From Gemmatimonadaceae bacterium (GTDB taxonomy: Bacteria > Gemmatimonadota > Gemmatimonadetes > Gemmatimonadales > Gemmatimonadaceae), in NCBI GenBank assembly GCA_045803545.1, contig JBJMOW010000005.1, forward strand, positions 1,312,001 through 1,376,000: DNA of 64,000 bases, written 5' to 3'. A program made the position numbers and the translations under genes. Below, piece by piece: positions 27,427 through 38,057 of this stretch (position 1 is its first letter; each line of letters starts with the position of its first letter). The notes under the pieces were generated by a model. The model was given only the letters and a program-made list of their open reading frames with translations, did no database searches and was not told where the DNA came from.

Positions 27427-28713
27427 ATGAGAAGATTCGTCCACTCCCTGGTCATTCTTGCGCTTGCGCCTTCCCTGCTGTGGGCGCAATCCGCGACAAC
27501 CGTACCGGCACCGCGGACAATCAACGGTTTCGATGCGTCCAGACTGGCGCGCATCGATCAAGCCCTTCAGCGCTACGTCGACAGCAACGAAATCAGCGGC
27601 GCTGTCGCACTCGTCCTCCGCGACGGGCGACCGGTTTATGAAAAGGCAGTCGGCTGGGCGGACAAGGAAGCCGGTCGACGGATGACGACCGATGCGATCT
27701 TCCGCATCGCGTCCCAAACAAAAGCGATTACCAGCACGGCGGTGCTGATACTGGTCGAGGAAGGCAAGATCGGGCTACAGGATCCGGTAAGCCGTTTCAT
27801 TCCGCAATTCGCACACACCACCGTCGCGACACGATCCGACACCGGTCGGGTGATCGTTCCGGCGAAACGTGAGATCACTATTCACGATTTGCTCACTCAC
27901 ACTTCGGGAATTTCTTACGGCGTCGACTCGATTGTAGCTCCGCTCTACGCTGCGAGGACGTTGGGTCCGGCTGCTGGTTGGGGTTGGTACACTGCCGACA
28001 AGAACGAGCCAATCTGCACGACGATGGAGCGGCTCGCGTCATTGCCTTTCGTTTCGCAGCCCGGCGAGAAATGGGTATACGGCTACAGCATTGACGTACT
28101 CGGCTGCGTCGTTGAGCGCGCGTCGGGAATGCCACTCGATCAGTTCATCCGCACCCGAATTACTGATCCGCTCGGTATGAAAGACACGTTCTTTTTCATA
28201 CCGTCGGACAAGAAGCAGCGGCTGGTCACAGTGTACATGAATGACAGCGCAGGTCGCCTGCAGCGAGCGCCCGCGGGTGCAAAAGGTCAGGGACACTATG
28301 TCGAAGGGCCTAGACGAAATTTTGCCGGTGGAGCGGGATTGCTGTCGACCGCTCGCGACTACGGACGCTTTCTGCAGATGGTCGCCAACGGCGGACAACT
28401 CGGTGGCGTCCGTATTCTTGCGCCGCGCACCGTGAGATTGATGACCACCAATCAGGTTGATACGCTGCTCAAAGCCGGGAATGCGTGCATGGGCTTCGGT
28501 CTAACCTTCGGCGTCCACGATCGCTTTGGTTGCGACGACCTCTCGTCAGAGGGCACCTACTTCTGGGGCGGTGCTTACGGGAGCTCTTACATGGTCGATC
28601 CGCAGGAGCATCTGATCATTGTTTACATGGAGAATCGACTGCCGCGTCACCCGGACGTGGGGGACAACTTCCGAACTCTCGTCTACCAGGCGTTAGTCGA
28701 GCCGCGAACGTAA
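27427..28713 (+). CDS. Serine hydrolase (beta-lactamase/S12 family), exported
   Basis: 'FRIASQTK' (SxxK), 'LLTHTSG', 'PG.KW.YG', 'WGG'; signal peptide. Confidence 0.92.
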   Translation: MRRFVHSLVILALAPSLLWAQSATTVPAPRTINGFDASRLARIDQALQRYVDSNEISGAVALVLRDGRPVYEKAVGWADKEAGRRMTTDAIFRIASQTKAITSTAVLILVEEGKIGLQDPVSRFIPQFAHTTVATRSDTGRVIVPAKREITIHDLLTHTSGISYGVDSIVAPLYAARTLGPAAGWGWYTADKNEPICTTMERLASLPFVSQPGEKWVYGYSIDVLGCVVERASGMPLDQFIRTRITDPLGMKDTFFFIPSDKKQRLVTVYMNDSAGRLQRAPAGAKGQGHYVEGPRRNFAGGAGLLSTARDYGRFLQMVANGGQLGGVRILAPRTVRLMTTNQVDTLLKAGNACMGFGLTFGVHDRFGCDDLSSEGTYFWGGAYGSSYMVDPQEHLIIVYMENRLPRHPDVGDNFRTLVYQALVEPRT

Positions 28714-28719
28714 GGTTGG

Positions 28720-30666
28720 CTACCGCGGCCACACGTTGTTCAATCGATTGACGTCGGGCAGGACGTGTCGCGGGTCAACCTCCACACGCACAACTGTCTT
28801 TTGTTCCGGAACGCGGTACACGAACACCGAGCCGAGATTCCACATCTCGATCGGCAACTTCGGGGTGCTCTGTGAGCCGTCGGCGAAGGTAATGGTAAGT
28901 TCCGTCGGCAGGATCATGGTCCCGCGATTGGAAAGGCGAACAAGCGTCCCGCCCCCTTCCGGTACGAACCGCACAGAATCGACCGCGACATCGAGACGCG
29001 ACGTCGAATAGATCCAGCCACGCCAGAACCACTCGAGATCCATTCCCGATTGATCGCGCATAATGCGGAAGAAATCCGCTGGCGTCGGATGCTTGAACGC
29101 CCATGCCTTGATGTATTCGCGGAACGCCTTGTCGAAACGATCCTTGCCGAGCACTTCGTAGCGCAGTGTCTGCATCATGAGCGCCGGTTTCTGATAACCG
29201 ACCCAGAACAGATCGCGGACCTGGGTCGGGTTGGTTATCAGCGGCTGCTCTTCGCCCGGTTTGGCGTGATCAGCGTACAAGTGCAGTGGATGCGCTTCGA
29301 TCGAGTCGCCGTAAGGCGTGCCGCGGAAGTAGGACGCGGCGTTGCCCAGATCGATGAACGTGTTGAAGCCTTCGTCCATCCACGGATATAGACGCTCGTT
29401 GGAGCCCACGATCATGGGGAACCATTCGTGCCCGAATTCGTGGGCGATCACCCACTGCTGATCTTCCCGAGTACCGGCGTTCGGTGTGAAGGTCAGCATT
29501 GGGTACTCCATGCCAGCGATTGGCCCCTCGACCGTCGTCGCGTGCGACCACGGGTAGCGGTACCACCGCTCGCTGAAGTACTTGATCGTTTCTCGGCCGA
29601 TGTGATTCACTTCCTTCCACTTGCCAGCGTTCGGTCGATAGAGATCCTCGACGAGGATGCCGTTGTATCCGCTCGCGTCCCATCGGAAATTGGGACCACC
29701 CGCGAAAGCGAAGTCGCGCACGTTCCTGGCGATGTAGTGCCAGGTGAGCGACGAATGGGGATGCAGCGCTGACAATTCTCCCTGTGCGAAAATGCGGGGA
29801 CGTGTCTTGTCGAAATTGCCGACCTCATCGCCGCGAATGATCGCGATGGCGGTGTCAGATCTTCGCGCCAGAGCCAGCCGCGCGCGCTGAATCGCGGTCA
29901 GCACCTGTTCCGGATTCATCAGCTCGCCAGTGGCGGCGATGATATACGACGCCGGAACGGTCAGCGACACATCGAAGTTGCCGTACTCGAGATAGAACTC
30001 GCCGGCTCCGATGTACGGCTCGTGATTCCAGCCGCGCACGTCGTCGTAGACGGCCATGCGCGGGTACCATTGGGCGATCTCGTAGAGTGGTCCGTCGCGG
30101 CCCATTCTTCCACCGCCGTTCTCCGGCACGTTGAACTTCCAGGCGGCGTCGATGTCAATGGCAGCGCCGGGCGCTAGCGCCGTCGCAAGATCTATCCGCA
30201 TCGTCGTCCCGAAAGTCGTGCGGTTTGCGTTCACGCCGGCCACGAGGAGCGAGTCCAGTGTCAGCCCGCCACTGAATCTCTGACAGGAGAAATCGAACGC
30301 GACGTCGAGAAAAACGAGCGGCGGCTGATTGAGTTGATTGGTGATGCTGTTCGGCGCGCAGAGATTCTGCTCGACGAACAACCATAGGTACGGCAGCGAA
30401 TCTGGCGAGTGATTCACATAGTGAATCGTCTCGCGCCCGCGAATCTCGTTCTTCGCCGAGTCGAGAATCGCGTTGATCCTGTAGTCGACGTGCTGCTGCC
30501 AGTATCTCGCGCCGGGCCGGCCGCTGGCACTGCGATATTCGTTGGGCGCGGGAAGAATGAGCGGCTGGAATGGGGACGAATCCGCCACTTGCTGCAGCGA
30601 CTGCGCGCCAGCGGCAGCGCCAGCAGCCGCGACTAGTGCGACGAAGGCAGCGATGCTACTACGCAT
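28720..30666 (-). CDS. M1 family metallo-aminopeptidase, exported
   Basis: 'SGRPGARYWQQ', 'GMEYPM', HEFGHEWF, 'WMDEG', 'YQKP'. Confidence 0.92.
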   Translation of the reverse strand: MRSSIAAFVALVAAAGAAAGAQSLQQVADSSPFQPLILPAPNEYRSASGRPGARYWQQHVDYRINAILDSAKNEIRGRETIHYVNHSPDSLPYLWLFVEQNLCAPNSITNQLNQPPLVFLDVAFDFSCQRFSGGLTLDSLLVAGVNANRTTFGTTMRIDLATALAPGAAIDIDAAWKFNVPENGGGRMGRDGPLYEIAQWYPRMAVYDDVRGWNHEPYIGAGEFYLEYGNFDVSLTVPASYIIAATGELMNPEQVLTAIQRARLALARRSDTAIAIIRGDEVGNFDKTRPRIFAQGELSALHPHSSLTWHYIARNVRDFAFAGGPNFRWDASGYNGILVEDLYRPNAGKWKEVNHIGRETIKYFSERWYRYPWSHATTVEGPIAGMEYPMLTFTPNAGTREDQQWVIAHEFGHEWFPMIVGSNERLYPWMDEGFNTFIDLGNAASYFRGTPYGDSIEAHPLHLYADHAKPGEEQPLITNPTQVRDLFWVGYQKPALMMQTLRYEVLGKDRFDKAFREYIKAWAFKHPTPADFFRIMRDQSGMDLEWFWRGWIYSTSRLDVAVDSVRFVPEGGGTLVRLSNRGTMILPTELTITFADGSQSTPKLPIEMWNLGSVFVYRVPEQKTVVRVEVDPRHVLPDVNRLNNVWPR

Positions 30667-30899
30667 TCTTCCGCGCCGCCGAAGCTGGCCCGCGAACCAC
30701 CCGACCCGATAACGCGCCAGTGTGCTCGCCGTTCCTGAGAACCTGGACACCGTTGGCGACTACGTCACGCACGCCCGTTGATGCCAGGGCCAGCACAAAG
30801 AATGGGAGGCCAATGCCAGAACAGATTCGAGTCATCGGTGTCTGATAGGAGCAACACGAAAGTACCTCGGCCTGGTATGTCGCACTAGGATTTCTCGCG

Positions 30900-31544
30900 A
30901 TGAAACTGCAGCCTCGATCGGTGGTTTTTGGAACTCTTTTCTTGGGCGGGCTACTGCTGATCGCCTGGCAGGAGTACTACAGGAAATCCGAGATGCTCTC
31001 GGCGATCGGCCTTCCTGGCCAGCGGGGAAATACCCACCGTCACTGCGATGGCGTGTACTCCCATCCCAGATGGCGAGTGCTCCCGCGAGGCTTGATCACT
31101 TGTCGCGGACTCGGCTCCCGCTCGGATTTCGCGATGGTAGGCGTCGACGCACTTACGCGCCAAGTGATCGTGGCGGGACGAGGTTGGCCTGCATTTGACT
31201 CGGTCAACTGGGCATGGGAAAGGGATTCGACCGAGCAGCAACTGAGGCTCCGCGGTGGCCACGAGTTCAAGTGTCTTTACGCGCCAGAACTGAATCCTCC
31301 GAGCACCATGAAGTATTGGCGCTTTAACGGCTTTTTCGTGAGGGAGAACGCGTATGCGAGGCCGGCCCCCTATGTGGTGCCGTGGCAGTTAACCCTGTCT
31401 GCGTCGACTACTCAACCAGAGGAATGTCTACGGCCGCCGGCGTCCCGCGACCCTGAGGAGTCCAATCCTTGTGTTGGCGCGAGAATCATCGTTCCCATCG
31501 GGTTCGGTAAGGCCATTTGCTGGAAGGCTCCGCCATGGGCCTGA
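30900..31544 (+). CDS. Hypothetical membrane-anchored Cys-rich protein
   Basis: N-terminal TM; six Cys; no family recognised. Confidence 0.5.
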   Translation: MKLQPRSVVFGTLFLGGLLLIAWQEYYRKSEMLSAIGLPGQRGNTHRHCDGVYSHPRWRVLPRGLITCRGLGSRSDFAMVGVDALTRQVIVAGRGWPAFDSVNWAWERDSTEQQLRLRGGHEFKCLYAPELNPPSTMKYWRFNGFFVRENAYARPAPYVVPWQLTLSASTTQPEECLRPPASRDPEESNPCVGARIIVPIGFGKAICWKAPPWA

Positions 31545-31666
31545 TCCGCTGGTCCCACACCTGCAGCGTGTAAACCGGTTTTCAGATTCCTTTGTCCAAT
31601 GCCGGGTAGACCTGCCGACAAAACTTTTCCCGGATTGGCACCGTAGAGGGGATTGGAGGTCGTTCG

Positions 31667-32356
31667 ATGCCTTATCCTCATCACTATGCGATGAGTCGGA
31701 GCGATCCGGGGACTTTCGTGGTGCGCCCCGGTAGCAGCGATGCGCTGACGGCGCGCACCATCGACGCAACGCAGCGCCCGGTGCTGACGCGAGCTTCGGA
31801 AAGCGTCGCGCAGGCAGCGCCCCAGGTCGTGGACAGCTTCCGCGGCGCCTTCACCAACCCGCTCTTTCTCAGCGCGCTCGGACTATCACTGATCGCAGTC
31901 TGGATACTGTCGCGGATGCGGCGCCAGCTCTCGGGTCTCGCCCTCGGCGCGATGCTGGTCGTCGCGTTGACGTCGTTCAGTGCGCCACACAAGCCGAAAT
32001 CGAAGTTCCAGCGGGTCGTCGATTTGTCCCACACGCCGAAGACCACCCGCAACCGGATGCAGTCGACATCGTGGAACGGCTATCGCTACATCGCGCCGAG
32101 GCAGCCGGAGGAAGAGGCGGTGGCGCTTGTCGAGCCGGAGCCGGCAGCGCCTGCGATGTATCCGGATCCGGTGGAAGTCGTTTTGCCTGCGACGCCCGTA
32201 ACACCGATGCCGGAATGGCGCGACGAGATACGGCGCAACGTCGAGCGCGAGGCTTATCGGCTGTTGCAGGATCGACAAATGCGCGACCTCCTCGAGCGCG
32301 TGCGGGCGCAAGCACGACAAGATCAGCGGCTCAGGAGATGGCGGCGAGAGTTTTAG
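31667..32356 (+). CDS. Hypothetical membrane protein
   Basis: GGAGG RBS; two TMs, Pro-rich linker, charged helical C-terminus. Confidence 0.6.
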   Translation: MPYPHHYAMSRSDPGTFVVRPGSSDALTARTIDATQRPVLTRASESVAQAAPQVVDSFRGAFTNPLFLSALGLSLIAVWILSRMRRQLSGLALGAMLVVALTSFSAPHKPKSKFQRVVDLSHTPKTTRNRMQSTSWNGYRYIAPRQPEEEAVALVEPEPAAPAMYPDPVEVVLPATPVTPMPEWRDEIRRNVEREAYRLLQDRQMRDLLERVRAQARQDQRLRRWRREF

Positions 32357-32362
32357 TTTCTC

Positions 32363-33991
32363 TCAGCCCGTTGGTTGAACCAGTCGCATAAGCACGGTCA
32401 CATCAGGATCGATAATCACATCGCGCACACGAGTGCCGCGTGGCGAGATCTGCACGCTGGTCTCACTCGTGGCTGCGACCGGAATCTTCATCGTGCGTCG
32501 CGCACCGTCGCCGTCGACAATGAGGACGGGTAGCGTGAGCGCGAAGAATCCATAGCGGCCGACCTGTTTCACATTGAGCATGGTTCCACGCTGCGCATCG
32601 TATGTCCAGGACACTGCCAGCTCGGCAAACCCGGGTCGACGCAGCCACTGATCGAAGAATCCGCGCAGATCTCTATGCGACACGTACTCCAGATTCCGAC
32701 GCAAGTCATCGGTCAGCGCGTTCATGTCCTTGTGCGCGGCGTAGTAATCCTGTATTCCGCGAAAGAAAATCGAATCGCCGAGCTCCGTCCTCAGCATGTG
32801 AAGGACGAATCCACCTTTCTGGTAGCTGTTCACGTTTAGCAGCTCCAGCAGATTTGGCTGAGTCGTATCGACGACGGGACGCGTTGGAACCGCAACCGTA
32901 TCATTCAGAATGTCGGTGCGGATGCGCGACATCTCGGCGCGGAATGCGCTGTCGCCGTGGGCGTGTTGGGTATAAAGCGCAGCGAAGTAGGTAGCAAATC
33001 CTTCCGACAGCCAGACGTGGGACCACGCTCTCTCGGTGACGCCGTCTCCGAACCACTGGTGCGCAGTCTCGTGCGCGATGATGCTTTCCGGTACGCCGTT
33101 GCGATGGAAGAACCCATCGGCGTAAAAAATCGCCGTCGCATTTTCCATCCCGCCGAAGCGGGTTCGAGATTGCAGGTGAGCGAGCTTCTCATATGGGAAC
33201 GCGCCGATCGTCCTGGCGAAGAAGTCGACGATGTCCCCAGCGTGGCTGAACGCACCGGGCAGCATCTTCGCCTGCTCCGGCTCCGCATAGACGGTTTGGC
33301 GTACACAGCTCACGATTTCGGCGTGGCCGCACGCACTCTCGCCGAGGTCCATTTTCACGAGTGGCGCGGCAGCGATGACCATCAAGTATGGTGCGATGCG
33401 CTTCGACTCACGCCAGCGTGACACGACGCGTTGTCGCTGCGCCTGCGTCACGTTGTGCTCTTCGATCAGCGCGCCATTGGCGACAATGGTCTTTCCGATC
33501 GGTGCCGTGACCGTCCACGTCACGGTTGCCTTGGCGTCGGGCCGATCGATAGTCGGAAGCCAGTGGCGCGCGCGGGTCGGCCAGTTGTCGCCGAAATAAG
33601 TCCAGCGTCCAGCGCTGTCCTTGCTCGCGATCAGCCCGTCGGTGGGCGCACCGTCGTAGACCACGCGCACGGTAAATCGCTTTGGGATTCCAGCTGGAAT
33701 CGGAATCACGATCGCCGAGCCCGTGCGGCGGAATCTGACGCCGCTGTTTGACTCGAGGTCGACGCGCTGGACGTGGAGGCCGATCAGATCGAGCGTCAGG
33801 CTGTCGGCAGGCGCTCGTCGCACCAACGTTATGCGCGCGTCTCCGTGGATTGCTGCTCCCGAATCAGGCAGATCGATCGTGAACTGGTAGTCGAGCGGGA
33901 GGATTGCCGCCGAATCAGCCTGCGCGCCGAGGTCGACGGTGCACATCACGAGTGCGACCAAGACGAGGCGAGCTTTAAGAGATGGGATCAA
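32363..33991 (-). CDS. M1 family aminopeptidase (GGMEN type), exported
   Basis: GGMEN, HETAHQWFG, 'WLSEGFA', 'YQKG'. Confidence 0.93.
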   Translation of the reverse strand: MIPSLKARLVLVALVMCTVDLGAQADSAAILPLDYQFTIDLPDSGAAIHGDARITLVRRAPADSLTLDLIGLHVQRVDLESNSGVRFRRTGSAIVIPIPAGIPKRFTVRVVYDGAPTDGLIASKDSAGRWTYFGDNWPTRARHWLPTIDRPDAKATVTWTVTAPIGKTIVANGALIEEHNVTQAQRQRVVSRWRESKRIAPYLMVIAAAPLVKMDLGESACGHAEIVSCVRQTVYAEPEQAKMLPGAFSHAGDIVDFFARTIGAFPYEKLAHLQSRTRFGGMENATAIFYADGFFHRNGVPESIIAHETAHQWFGDGVTERAWSHVWLSEGFATYFAALYTQHAHGDSAFRAEMSRIRTDILNDTVAVPTRPVVDTTQPNLLELLNVNSYQKGGFVLHMLRTELGDSIFFRGIQDYYAAHKDMNALTDDLRRNLEYVSHRDLRGFFDQWLRRPGFAELAVSWTYDAQRGTMLNVKQVGRYGFFALTLPVLIVDGDGARRTMKIPVAATSETSVQISPRGTRVRDVIIDPDVTVLMRLVQPTG

Positions 33992-34089
33992 CGGAGCTCC
34001 GATAGTTGAACCGACAGCCGTCGTAATATGGCCCGGCGGTGGCCGGAAACATGCGTCTAGGGCGCGCTACCTTTCAGGGAGTTAACAGG

Positions 34090-34500
34090 ATGAGAAAGCT
34101 ACTGCTCGCGTGTGCGTCGGTCGCATTACTTGGCTGCGGCGGTGATTCCACTGGTCCGTCAGCAAGCGCTGTCGGCACATGGAATCTGCAGACGGTGAAC
34201 GGCTCGGGTCTGCCCTACACTGTGATCTTCGTCGCCTCACCGGTTTATCGACTCGAAATCCTCAGCGATCAGGTCCTTGTGAACGCCGACGGAACCTACG
34301 CCGAAACATCGAGCGTTCGCGAAACCAACGGCAGCACCGTCACGACGTCGACCGAACAGGACGATGGAACCTGGAGTCAACACGGAAATCAGGTCGACGT
34401 CACGTCGAATGCGGATGGCAGCGTGAGTACGGCGGTTATAAGCGGCGACAAGCTCACCCTGGCGGCACAGGGAGTAAACGCGGTCTACGTCCGGCAGTAG
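34090..34500 (+). CDS. Lipocalin-like lipoprotein
   Basis: Lipobox LLGC; 'VGTWNL..VNG' followed by beta strands. Confidence 0.7.
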   Translation: MRKLLLACASVALLGCGGDSTGPSASAVGTWNLQTVNGSGLPYTVIFVASPVYRLEILSDQVLVNADGTYAETSSVRETNGSTVTTSTEQDDGTWSQHGNQVDVTSNADGSVSTAVISGDKLTLAAQGVNAVYVRQ

Positions 34501-34515
34501 CAGCGCGGGTTCGCC

Positions 34516-35964
34516 TTACGGCACGCGCCAGATATTCAGAATGCCCGTAGTCCGATGGGAGTTCGAATCTCCTTCGGGAAGTGCGATGCGGCCGTCGGCA
34601 ATAATCGGAGTGTTCCAGTGGCCGTCTCCGGCTTCGAGCCGGCCGACCTGTCGTCCTGATTCCGGGTCATAGACACGGAGCCCACCACCGCGGTGATCGT
34701 AGACGTAAAGCAGTCCACCGGCGACAACCGGACTGGTGCCTGAGTTCCGGTTGTGCCATTTGTCCTGCAGACGTCCATTAGCAAAGGTCCACGCTGCGGT
34801 TCCGCCATTGTCGGCGGCGAAGATCCACGTTGTCGCGCCGCGCAACACCGCGGGCGATGTGAAGAGATCGTCGCCCGACGGAGTCGAGACGATTTGCGTC
34901 TCGCCGCCGCGTCGTCCGCCGTTTCGGGCACGTCCCCACTGCAACAGCCGAATGCGACCGTCCTTGCCCCCCTGAATTACGTAGCCGTTTCCGATCAACA
35001 CAGGCGACGTCGAGCCGAGATCGGCATCGCGTGAGTTGAGATCGTCGGTGTTGGTGGGTGTGTAGTTGTCGAGAACATTGGTGCCGGTGGAGTCGATGGA
35101 GACAGCGGCGTCGCCCCAATTGTTGCGCCCGTCGTAGCGAGCGTTGCCGGTCGCGATGTAGATGTCGCCCGTCGTCGTGTCGATGACCGCGCCGGTGCGA
35201 CCCCAGATCGCCGAGCCGCTTTGTTCACACGACGAAGGCTCGATCAGCTCGTGGCGATCGGCGCAGAGTGAGTTCCATACGTGAAGCAATCGGCCTGATG
35301 CTGCGTCGAGGATTGCCACGTGTCCCTGATACGGCGGCGCGTCGCCGATATAGCCGCCGGTCGTGGCAACGACTCGACCACGAAAGAAATTCAGCGATGA
35401 CGCGATTTTCTCCCGCTGTGCTAATAGGGTAATCGGAGTGCTCCACACTGGGCGTCCGTCTGCAACCGAAAGCTTTTGGATGTTGCCATCGGGTGATGCA
35501 GCGTAGATGAAATTGCCCGAAGGATCGGCGACGGGCGTGGCGGTAGTGATCTGGCGGGACCCTGCCCAGCGGTCGTAGTGCGGCGGCGTGTAGCGCCAGA
35601 GGATCGATCCATCGTTGGCGTCGATCGCGACGGTCTTACCGTATGTAGTCGTGACGAAGAACACGTCGCGATCCGCGCCGTTCACGCGGACGCCGTGCAA
35701 ATAAATCGGAGACGCGTCGACAGTACCATCGAGCTGCACCTGTTGTCGCCGCATCGAACCGATATTGGCAGCAGTGATGCCGGTTGCATCCGTTGAAGCG
35801 TTGGAGCGACCTGCATCCCAGCCGAACCGGCTCCAGTCGTGGGTGCCGGCGCGCCGTTGTACCGTCTTCGATTGATTCACGGCGTTGTCTTTCGAGTTGC
35901 TGGCCGGAACCGCGCCGCAGGCCCAGAGGGCGACTACTACAAGACCGCGATATTGCATTCGCAC
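34516..35964 (-). CDS. PQQ-binding-like beta-propeller lipoprotein
   Basis: LWAC; repeated 'A.D...G...W' blades; 'DADLGS.SP', 'GKDG'. Confidence 0.8.
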   Translation of the reverse strand: MRMQYRGLVVVALWACGAVPASNSKDNAVNQSKTVQRRAGTHDWSRFGWDAGRSNASTDATGITAANIGSMRRQQVQLDGTVDASPIYLHGVRVNGADRDVFFVTTTYGKTVAIDANDGSILWRYTPPHYDRWAGSRQITTATPVADPSGNFIYAASPDGNIQKLSVADGRPVWSTPITLLAQREKIASSLNFFRGRVVATTGGYIGDAPPYQGHVAILDAASGRLLHVWNSLCADRHELIEPSSCEQSGSAIWGRTGAVIDTTTGDIYIATGNARYDGRNNWGDAAVSIDSTGTNVLDNYTPTNTDDLNSRDADLGSTSPVLIGNGYVIQGGKDGRIRLLQWGRARNGGRRGGETQIVSTPSGDDLFTSPAVLRGATTWIFAADNGGTAAWTFANGRLQDKWHNRNSGTSPVVAGGLLYVYDHRGGGLRVYDPESGRQVGRLEAGDGHWNTPIIADGRIALPEGDSNSHRTTGILNIWRVP

Positions 35965-36016
35965 CGCCGAAAATGTCCGCCAATATGATACCGGCGCGCG
36001 CGCCAGGGTTGAAAGC

Positions 36017-37573
36017 CTAGGTCGAGGCTTTCAGATGATCGGCGAGGCGCAGGCTCAGGGCGACGAGGGTAAGGGTGGGATTGACCGCACCCGCAGTGGG
36101 ATAGACTGCCGCGCCGCCAATATAGAGATTGCTGATCCCATGCACTCTGCAATCAGGATCCGTCACGCTTTGCTTCGGATCAGTCCCCATCCGCAAAGTC
36201 CCCATGTGGTGCCAGCCGCCACTGATGAAACTCGGCCACGTCTTGTCGTCGCTCAGCAGCCAGTCTTTGATCTGAACGCGACCAGTGTCGGTGCGGCCCA
36301 TCTCGCGGCCGAGCAGATGGTAGAAGGTGCGCATGGTGTGCTTGTCCAAATCCGTTACGCGCCAATCGAGCTTTGCACGCGGCATTCCCAGCGCGTCCTT
36401 CTCAGTACTCAGCGTCACGCGTGAATCGGGATTGGGCGCCTGCTCCTGGCGGGTAGTTAGATGAAAAAAGCGCTGCGGACCCTTGGTCCGTGGCGCTGAG
36501 CTCGCTGCTTTGATCGCTATTGGCGGGGGGCCTTTTCGTCCGCCGTTTTCCCACGCACGCTCCTGATTCATTAGCACGGTATCGATGAACTGGAAGGTGC
36601 TTTGAACCGGATCACCGTAATTCCCTGCCTCGACCGAGCAGGTGCCGTGGAGAATTCGCTGCTCGCGCTGCGCCATCGGCGTCACTGCCAACTCTCCGCG
36701 AGGTGTGCCTCCAAGGCCGACAAACTCGTAGAGCTTGGTCCCGGTCGACTCGGGCCTGGTGAGCGCCAGCTCGCCCGACGGCATCTCGAAGTGCTCCATG
36801 AAATAGCGGCCAACGAGGTCGTTATCGTTGCCCAAACCCGCTTTTGCCTGCCGATTGGACGCGAGTAGCAGTCGCGCGTTCTGGATGGTGTGGCAGCAGA
36901 GTATGAAGCGTTTTGCCCGCGCCCGATATTCCTTGCCGTCGAAGGAGCGTATCCGCACTGACTGAACAGCATGCACGCTCTCGTTCGCTTCGACTTCGAC
37001 GACGTTGGCATTGGTGTACAGGTGCACGTTCGGCGAGCTCACGATCTCGGCGCGATACTTCTGGCCCATTCGAGTAGGCGGACTGAATTGCCACATCTTC
37101 GTCCACATTAGTTTCGAATCGCCGAGCAGCGGCACGCGCTCTGAATCGCCGTTTTTCCAGTCGGCAGCGCCCCACTTATTTGGAACGAGGTCCAGAATCG
37201 GTGCTGCGCGGGTGTAGTATGGATCCAGATCGGCGCGCGAGATCGGCCAGCCGCTGTGGGGAACCCAATCGCGTTTCTCGAAATCGATTGGCTCGTATGT
37301 CGAGCACCAGCCTGCCCAGTGATTGGTGGTGCCGCCGAAGTAGTGCAGCGCCGCTGCCTGGAGCGGGAAGTACGGCTGCCCCACGATATCGCCGCGATAA
37401 AGATCCTGCATTTTCGGATCGAACTCGAAGCCGCCACCTTCGAGCAGAATCACATTCAGGCCTGCATGATTCAGCTCACGCGCGATGGTGATTCCGGACG
37501 CTCCCGCGCCTACGATGCAGACGTCGCCCTCGAGGACCGCTCCGTTGGGAAGTGTTCTCGCGTCGGTGTGCAC
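36017..37573 (-). CDS. GMC family FAD oxidoreductase
   Basis: GAGASG, 'GGTTNHWAG', 'VGRYFMEH', 'HHMGT.RM', 'NPTLT'; no signal peptide. Confidence 0.92.
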   Translation of the reverse strand: MHTDARTLPNGAVLEGDVCIVGAGASGITIARELNHAGLNVILLEGGGFEFDPKMQDLYRGDIVGQPYFPLQAAALHYFGGTTNHWAGWCSTYEPIDFEKRDWVPHSGWPISRADLDPYYTRAAPILDLVPNKWGAADWKNGDSERVPLLGDSKLMWTKMWQFSPPTRMGQKYRAEIVSSPNVHLYTNANVVEVEANESVHAVQSVRIRSFDGKEYRARAKRFILCCHTIQNARLLLASNRQAKAGLGNDNDLVGRYFMEHFEMPSGELALTRPESTGTKLYEFVGLGGTPRGELAVTPMAQREQRILHGTCSVEAGNYGDPVQSTFQFIDTVLMNQERAWENGGRKGPPPIAIKAASSAPRTKGPQRFFHLTTRQEQAPNPDSRVTLSTEKDALGMPRAKLDWRVTDLDKHTMRTFYHLLGREMGRTDTGRVQIKDWLLSDDKTWPSFISGGWHHMGTLRMGTDPKQSVTDPDCRVHGISNLYIGGAAVYPTAGAVNPTLTLVALSLRLADHLKAST

Positions 37574-37574
37574 C

Positions 37575-37937
37575 TTACGCGCGACTGAGCGAGAAGAGCG
37601 CTGCCTGCCTGGCTTCCGTCAGAGAGAGCACCCAACCATCGACGATCACTACGCGTCCGTTCGCGAAGTCTTCTTCGATCATGTTGTCGAGCGATGCGCC
37701 AAATACAGGTTTGCGATCTCCCGATATGGCTGCTCGCAACGCGTCTGCGGTGCTCTCCGCGGGTGCCTGGGCGCGATAACGCGCGCCCAGCTCGCGCACG
37801 CGATCGGCTCCAAGCATCGCGATCAGGGATGGTTGGTCGAGCGGGCGATCGCGCTGGGTCGAGCATCCGATGTCGGCCAGGGTGCCAAGAATCCCCAGCG
37901 CACTCAGCTCAAGAAAATGCCGCCTATCAAGATTCAT
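37575..37937 (-). CDS. Small Tat-signal protein, putative GMC partner subunit
   Basis: Twin-arginine 'DRRHFL'; possible lipobox DIGC; 'DFANG....VDGWVLS.TEA'; stop 1 nt before the GMC start. Confidence 0.75.
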   Translation of the reverse strand: MNLDRRHFLELSALGILGTLADIGCSTQRDRPLDQPSLIAMLGADRVRELGARYRAQAPAESTADALRAAISGDRKPVFGASLDNMIEEDFANGRVVIVDGWVLSLTEARQAALFSLSRA

Positions 37938-38057
37938 CGCACACTTCCCGTTTCGGGTTCAGTTAGAGCTCGAAGAAGAATTGAACAATCGGCGGACGCC
38001 GCGTCCAGACAGGATGCCTCCCTGGTCCCGACCTTCGATGTCCGTGGTGGCGCAACG

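Noticed and set aside
27427..28713. Beta-lactam resistance gene
   Set aside because: Motifs fit the broad esterase/S12 serine-hydrolase family; no class A/C-specific evidence.
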